NCBI GenBank assembly: GCA_038247415.1
Contig: JBBRUX010000001.1
Span: 1 to 64,000, forward strand
Reading direction: 5' to 3'
DNA: 64,000 bases
From: Chitinivibrionales bacterium
Lineage (GTDB): Bacteria > Fibrobacterota > Chitinivibrionia > Chitinivibrionales > WJKA01
Shown here: positions 59,503 through 64,000 of the stretch, in pieces
How positions within the stretch are numbered: position 1 is the first letter of the stretch
Layout of the letters: each line of letters starts with the position of its first letter
Notes under the pieces: generated by a model
Seen by the model: only the letters and a program-made list of their open reading frames with translations
What the model was told of the DNA's origin: nothing
Database searches by the model: none
Made by a program: the position numbers and the translations under genes

Positions 59503-59603
59503 TAAACCTGCCAAACCGCTCAAGTTTGCTTATTTTATAGTATAGCAGCACAAAAGAGTTGATACTAAAACATTTCTGGCACCACGACTCCTAGGATCTA
59601 GGT

Positions 59604-60731
59604 ATGCTTAGAACATCCCATTTGACACAGATACTGATATTTTTTGGAATCGGGCTAATAATTTCCACAAATAGTATTGCCCAATCCCCTCGCATACAAT
59701 CAGTTAATCCGTTGAAAGGAACTGCCTACACAACAGTCACTATCACTGGAAGCGAATTTACAGGCGCTACTCAGGTGCACTTCGATACCTCACCTGCACT
59801 CTGTTTTTATGCAAGCCCCAGTGGCGCCGTGCTCTACGCCCTTGCACCGGGTACTGCAAAAAGTGGGAAAATATCAATAAGCACGCCTCGCGGATCAGCA
59901 CTATCAGCAGATTCATTTATTGTACTTTCATCGAGTAATCCTGCATCGGATTTTTTATCCCGGGACTCACTTCCTCAAACAAGCTCATCTGAAACATCGT
60001 GGTGCACCCGCTCGTGGAATCTTGGATGGGGTCCCAGAAGTCAACAATATCCAAAAATCACATTTCCCGTATCGCTTGATCCTCAAACCTTTGCTCAAAG
60101 CCGTGCATTGGCAAGTGCGCTTCATTGTGTAGGATTACCCTATCAGCATCATCATATCCCCGCTTTTGATGCACGTTTATGCACCGCGCAACCCGATTCC
60201 TTGCGTGTAGGCCCAGGGCTTGATTGCTCTAATTTTTCAGCATGGGTTTACAATTACGGATTCGGCCTGATTTTTACCTCACATATCGTTGCTCAAGCAG
60301 CTGACAGCGCCGCTGGCCCGCTCATTCAAAAAAACGCTCCTCTTCTACCGGGAGATATTCTCTTCTTCAAGGGGAATCCAACCGATACTATTATTACTCA
60401 TTGTGGCATTTTTGTTGACTCTGGGCATATTATCGACTCGCATAATACGGGAGTATACCTCAGATCATATAGCTCCACTCGGTGGCCCGGAAACAGCTTT
60501 GGCCATGCTCGTAGGCCTCTTAAACTTCTTGATAAAAGTACTAACACATCACTACCAAAGAAAAATAGTACCCAAAAACATTCCATTTCACATGCGCTTG
60601 ATTTTTATGACATGAGAGGAAGACGTGCGACTCATGCTTCCCTCCAGTATGGCATCTACATACGCACGCAACCCGATGTTTCTAATAATGGAACTCCCAG
60701 AATTATCACCTACCTCCCGAGTTCCCCATAA
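59604..60731 (+). CDS. Secreted NlpC/P60 peptidase with N-terminal IPT/TIG domain and short C-terminal sorting-like tail
   Basis: Signal, PRIQSVNP..G...TTVTITG..F.GA..V.F, GLDCSNF (catalytic Cys), PGDILFF, THCGI, tail FYDMRGRR...GIYI. Confidence 0.85.
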   Translation: MLRTSHLTQILIFFGIGLIISTNSIAQSPRIQSVNPLKGTAYTTVTITGSEFTGATQVHFDTSPALCFYASPSGAVLYALAPGTAKSGKISISTPRGSALSADSFIVLSSSNPASDFLSRDSLPQTSSSETSWCTRSWNLGWGPRSQQYPKITFPVSLDPQTFAQSRALASALHCVGLPYQHHHIPAFDARLCTAQPDSLRVGPGLDCSNFSAWVYNYGFGLIFTSHIVAQAADSAAGPLIQKNAPLLPGDILFFKGNPTDTIITHCGIFVDSGHIIDSHNTGVYLRSYSSTRWPGNSFGHARRPLKLLDKSTNTSLPKKNSTQKHSISHALDFYDMRGRRATHASLQYGIYIRTQPDVSNNGTPRIITYLPSSP

Positions 60732-60765
60732 GAGTTTACTCTATGGCTTAACAGATGCATCTCAT

Positions 60766-61644
60766 TTACAGAAGAACTTGCCACACAAGCAAGCCCCACA
60801 CAAAAACCTGAAACGCATACAGAATTCGATTTACAACACCATAGCCGTGTGTTTGGGTTTGGCCACATAAGTTCCAGGCAAATAATCCTATAAAGAGTAC
60901 ATTCGTGATAGTTAACACAATGAGTATAGGTAACGATGAAATTACTCCACTAAATGCAAACATGAACGTGACAGCAGCAGTACTAAAAAACCACACAAAA
61001 ATAATAAGCTTAACGCGCTCTAGGGGAACCTGTTTCATGATTGTTGGAATACCAGCATCTTCGTATTCTTTTCCATATTTGAGAAGCAAAAGCAAAAAAT
61101 GGGGCACTTGCCATAAGAACATGAAAGCCCCCACCCATACGATGTATGCAGATATAGTTCCTGTAGCAGCTGCGCAACCAATAAGCGGTGGCAAGGCCCC
61201 GGTAACCGCCCCAATAAGCACAGCAAAAACCGAAACTCTTTTGAGGGGGGTATATACACCAACATACCAGATAAAATTTACAAGAGAAAGAATAACCGCA
61301 AGCCATGTTGTAACATAACAGAGAATGAGAATACCCAAACAACTCAGTATGGTTCCCATAAAAATTGCTTGATTAACCGTTATTACTCCCCGGGGAATTG
61401 GTCGAAGCATGGTGCGAGCCATAAGCGCATCTGTTTGTCGTTCTTGAACCTGATTGAGCGCAGAAGCTCCCCCGCTCAGAAGCGCAATTCCCACAAAAAC
61501 CGCGCAAGCATGTAAATCAACTGAGCGTTGTGTAAGATAATACCCCATAAAGGCAGAAAATGCGATTGATGCGGAAAGGATTATACGCATTAATGCAGGA
61601 AGTGCTGATAAAAAGCTAGGCCCAAATTTACTAGACACATTCAT
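60766..61644 (-). CDS. cyoE: Protoheme IX farnesyltransferase (heme O synthase)
   Basis: GASALNQ..E...D..M.RT..RPIP.G, YTPLKR, GALPPLIG, WQ.PHF. Confidence 0.95.
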   Translation of the reverse strand: MNVSSKFGPSFLSALPALMRIILSASIAFSAFMGYYLTQRSVDLHACAVFVGIALLSGGASALNQVQERQTDALMARTMLRPIPRGVITVNQAIFMGTILSCLGILILCYVTTWLAVILSLVNFIWYVGVYTPLKRVSVFAVLIGAVTGALPPLIGCAAATGTISAYIVWVGAFMFLWQVPHFLLLLLKYGKEYEDAGIPTIMKQVPLERVKLIIFVWFFSTAAVTFMFAFSGVISSLPILIVLTITNVLFIGLFAWNLCGQTQTHGYGVVNRILYAFQVFVWGLLVWQVLL

Positions 61645-61702
61645 AGATCACCTACCAATCCGATTTATGTGTCTACGCACATGCAAAGCCAGGCACTCAT
61701 CG

Positions 61703-62626
61703 CTATTTTATAGTCTTCAGATATTCGCAAATGTTATGCAGATCTTCCTCGGTCATGGTGCTTTTGCTTGACGGCATCGTGTTTGGAAAACCATCAACAA
61801 TATCGGCGCCAGGATTTATAATAGATTCCCGAATATAATTGGTATCTGCCACAATAGTATGCGCTGACCCAGAACTACTTACCATTATCGATGAATTGAC
61901 CAATCCTTTAAATGTTGGCCCCATCATTGTAGCGCCATCAAATGAATGGCAGGAAACACAGCCTCGCTCATAGAGCAATGCTTGACCTGGAGGCATATTT
62001 GCAGTTGCCGAACCAGAAAAATCCATCTTTTTCCCATTCATCCAATCGGTAAATTGATCGGCAGGTACCGCAATAATCTTTGCAATCATATTTGAATGCC
62101 GTAAACCACAATATTGTGCACAAAACAAATACGAGGATCCTGGAGTATTCGCATTAAACCATACGAAGGTTTTTAACCCCGGCAAAATATCTTCTTGAAT
62201 ACGAAATGCAGGAGCATAAAACGAATGTATAACATCTGCCGAATAAAGATCGCATCGGATATTCTTTCCGAGGGGAACAATAAGATCGGTGCTTTTTTTA
62301 CCATTTCCGTATTCGAAGAGCCACGACCATTGAGAAGCATGCACTTTTACAACAAGGGAATCGGCTGGGGCAGTGCGTAAAAAGCGGAACCCCGTAAGCC
62401 CATAGGCAAACATGCTAAGCGCAATGAGTGTTGGAACCACAATCCAGACAACTTCAACCCAGGCATTCCCTTTAAGCTCTTGCGGAACAGGGTTGCGTGA
62501 TGCACGATAACGCACCAAAAAATAGAGCATTGCAAATATGATGACGAAAAAAAGCAAGCCCGAAAAGGCCAGAATATAATAAAGCGATCCGTCAACAACA
62601 GCCGTTGAGGTAGCCGAACCTTCCAT
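61703..62626 (-). CDS. coxB: Cytochrome c oxidase subunit II with fused cytochrome c (caa3-type)
   Basis: EVVWIVVP, QWSW.F.Y, DVIHSF, CuA CAQYCG..HS.M, heme CVSCH. Confidence 0.95.
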   Translation of the reverse strand: MEGSATSTAVVDGSLYYILAFSGLLFFVIIFAMLYFLVRYRASRNPVPQELKGNAWVEVVWIVVPTLIALSMFAYGLTGFRFLRTAPADSLVVKVHASQWSWLFEYGNGKKSTDLIVPLGKNIRCDLYSADVIHSFYAPAFRIQEDILPGLKTFVWFNANTPGSSYLFCAQYCGLRHSNMIAKIIAVPADQFTDWMNGKKMDFSGSATANMPPGQALLYERGCVSCHSFDGATMMGPTFKGLVNSSIMVSSSGSAHTIVADTNYIRESIINPGADIVDGFPNTMPSSKSTMTEEDLHNICEYLKTIK

Positions 62627-62637
62627 GCACTTCCCCC

Positions 62638-62949
62638 TTAACGCGAAATAACATCGATAAAAGTTATACCAATAAAAACAGCTAACGTAACCATGGTTAT
62701 AGGCATTATCAGTTTAACCAGGAGCCTATCCTCATGTCGTAAATGCATAAAATATAAAAGGACGAGCGTACACTGAATTGCTGCAATTGCAAGGCTCACA
62801 ATGATCGTGAAACCATTATGAATAACAGATGCGCTGCCAACAGAAATAAGCGTAAGCAGTAATAATGCAACCCAAATCAACACATGTTGACGTGTTTCAT
62901 GATGATTCGCTTCTGTTTTTGGGACGGCCTCGTGTGTTTCTTGGCTCAA
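62638..62949 (-). CDS. Cytochrome c oxidase subunit IV
   Basis: ALLLLT, LV.LYFMHLRHE, 3 TMs, TTG start. Confidence 0.88.
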   Translation of the reverse strand: MSQETHEAVPKTEANHHETRQHVLIWVALLLLTLISVGSASVIHNGFTIIVSLAIAAIQCTLVLLYFMHLRHEDRLLVKLIMPITMVTLAVFIGITFIDVISR

Positions 62950-62958
62950 ATTTTATCC

Positions 62959-63558
62959 CTATGAAATAAGGTAAAAAAGCGGAAAAAGAAAGATCCAAAT
63001 GAGTTCGACAAGATTCCAGTACAAACCAGAATTCACAAGAAATCCTGGATTATGAGGTGTAATTTTGTTGCGCTTAACCTGAAAAAGCACAAAGGTAAGG
63101 AGCCCAATTCCAACAAGCACATGCACAGCATGCAAACCTGTCATGGCAAAATAGAGACCAAAATAAAGCATCTCCCCCTTAGGTTTACCTGCGAGAATTG
63201 CCGAATTTGGATATAACCCATGCTCAAATTTTGCAGCCCATTCAAACCCTTTAACAATAATAAAGGCAATTGCCAAAACAACTGAAGACGAAAGCAGGAC
63301 CATTGTTTTCTTGATCTGACTTTTTCGTATCGCCAATGACGCAAGCGCAACGGCAAGACTGCTTGTCAATAGAATAAAGGTATTGACCGTCCCCATCACT
63401 TTAGAGAGTTCAAGTGATGCTGTATGAAACTCAATCGGGTTCTTAAATCGATACATAGAATACATAAGAAACAATCCCCCAAAGAGGACAATTTCTGTGG
63501 CGATAAAAAGCCACATACCAATTCGATCGGCATTGTGATCTGAGTGTACGCTACTCAT
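62959..63558 (-). CDS. coxC: Cytochrome c oxidase subunit III
   Basis: GMWLFIATE..LFGGLF, NT.ILLTSS, YF.MTGLHAVHV, GLYW..V..IW. Confidence 0.95.
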   Translation of the reverse strand: MSSVHSDHNADRIGMWLFIATEIVLFGGLFLMYSMYRFKNPIEFHTASLELSKVMGTVNTFILLTSSLAVALASLAIRKSQIKKTMVLLSSSVVLAIAFIIVKGFEWAAKFEHGLYPNSAILAGKPKGEMLYFGLYFAMTGLHAVHVLVGIGLLTFVLFQVKRNKITPHNPGFLVNSGLYWNLVELIWIFLFPLFYLIS

Positions 63559-64000
63559 GCACTATCCTTTAGCGAACTAAAATCATAGGGACCTTTTGTA
63601 ATAATCGGAACTTCTCTAAAGTTTTCAGTTTCGGGAGGGGAAGGAAGACTCCATTCGAGGGTAGTTCCACCCCAAGGATTTGGGCCACATTTTTTGCCAG
63701 AAAAAGCCCCCTTTACAAGATTTGCAATCATCATTAATAGTCCAGCCACCATGATAAAGGATCCGATACTGACCAGTTGTTGCATGGCCATATATTCAGG
63801 TGGAGTATCATAAAAACGTCGCGGCATTCCCATCCAGCCCATAATAAACATGGGGAAATAAAACAGATTGAACCCGCAAAAAAGAATTACCCATGAGACA
63901 ATCGAAAAAGGCTTGTTATACATTCTTCCCGTCATTTTTGGAAGCCAGTAATGAAACCCGGCAAACATTCCAAAGCCCATGCCCCCGAAAATGACATAAT
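63555..64000 (-). CDS. coxA: Cytochrome c oxidase subunit I, C-terminal part (5' end beyond the window)
   Basis: YW.PK.TGR, GMPRR, NPWGGTTLEW...SPPE.ENF. Confidence 0.93.
   Translation of the reverse strand, partial: YVIFGGMGFGMFAGFHYWLPKMTGRMYNKPFSIVSWVILFCGFNLFYFPMFIMGWMGMPRRFYDTPPEYMAMQQLVSIGSFIMVAGLLMMIANLVKGAFSGKKCGPNPWGGTTLEWSLPSPPETENFREVPIITKGPYDFSSLKDSA

Noticed and set aside
59577..59592. TGGCAC upstream of the NlpC/P60 gene as a sigma54 promoter
   Set aside because: The -12 element reads CTCCT and lacks the conserved GC.
1..64000. rRNA, tRNA, CRISPR arrays, transposases, integrases, prophage
   Set aside because: None recognised by eye. Intergenic regions show no cloverleaf or regularly spaced repeats. 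A tRNAscan/Infernal run would be needed to exclude them fully.

Overview
Bacterial chromosomal window, gene-dense, with most genes on the minus strand. The long insertion in SecA, T9SS-like C-terminal tails, Thx and an Agl/Glt-like motor cluster point to an FCB-group organism, probably a flagellated Fibrobacterota (Chitinivibrionia/Chitinispirillia-like). This taxonomy is inference. Contents in order: a type IV pilus locus (pilC, pilA, four minor pilins, pilM/N/O, partial pilP-like) with a sigma54-type promoter; rhomboid-coaD-rsmD with a second pilM/pilN-like pair; DUF4416, EamA, a B12 radical SAM enzyme and a DEDDh exonuclease; class II ribonucleotide reductase with an NrdR-like box; a rhuM pseudogene; an MCE/Mla ABC system with a PqiC-like lipoprotein and a large unknown OM protein; an unannotated ribosomal protein Thx; ppiD, ctpA, tmk and secA. 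Next comes the most unusual locus, an ion-motor operon (cglF/gltF-like, exbB, a natural ExbB::ExbD fusion lacking the essential TM Asp, exbD, AgmX/TonB-C protein, PilZ, FliL-like). It is followed by secreted proteins with a decayed paralog remnant, an SDR, and the flgBC-X-fliEFGHIJ flagellar operon that runs into a 1650-aa Ig-repeat surface protein. The window ends with a wza-wzc pair behind a perfect sigma28 promoter, an NlpC/P60 protein and a caa3-type cytochrome c oxidase operon (partial). No rRNA, tRNA, CRISPR array or intact mobile element was recognised. One highly structured intergenic region (11154-11352) is a candidate ncRNA. All protein calls come from motif recognition by eye, without database searches.
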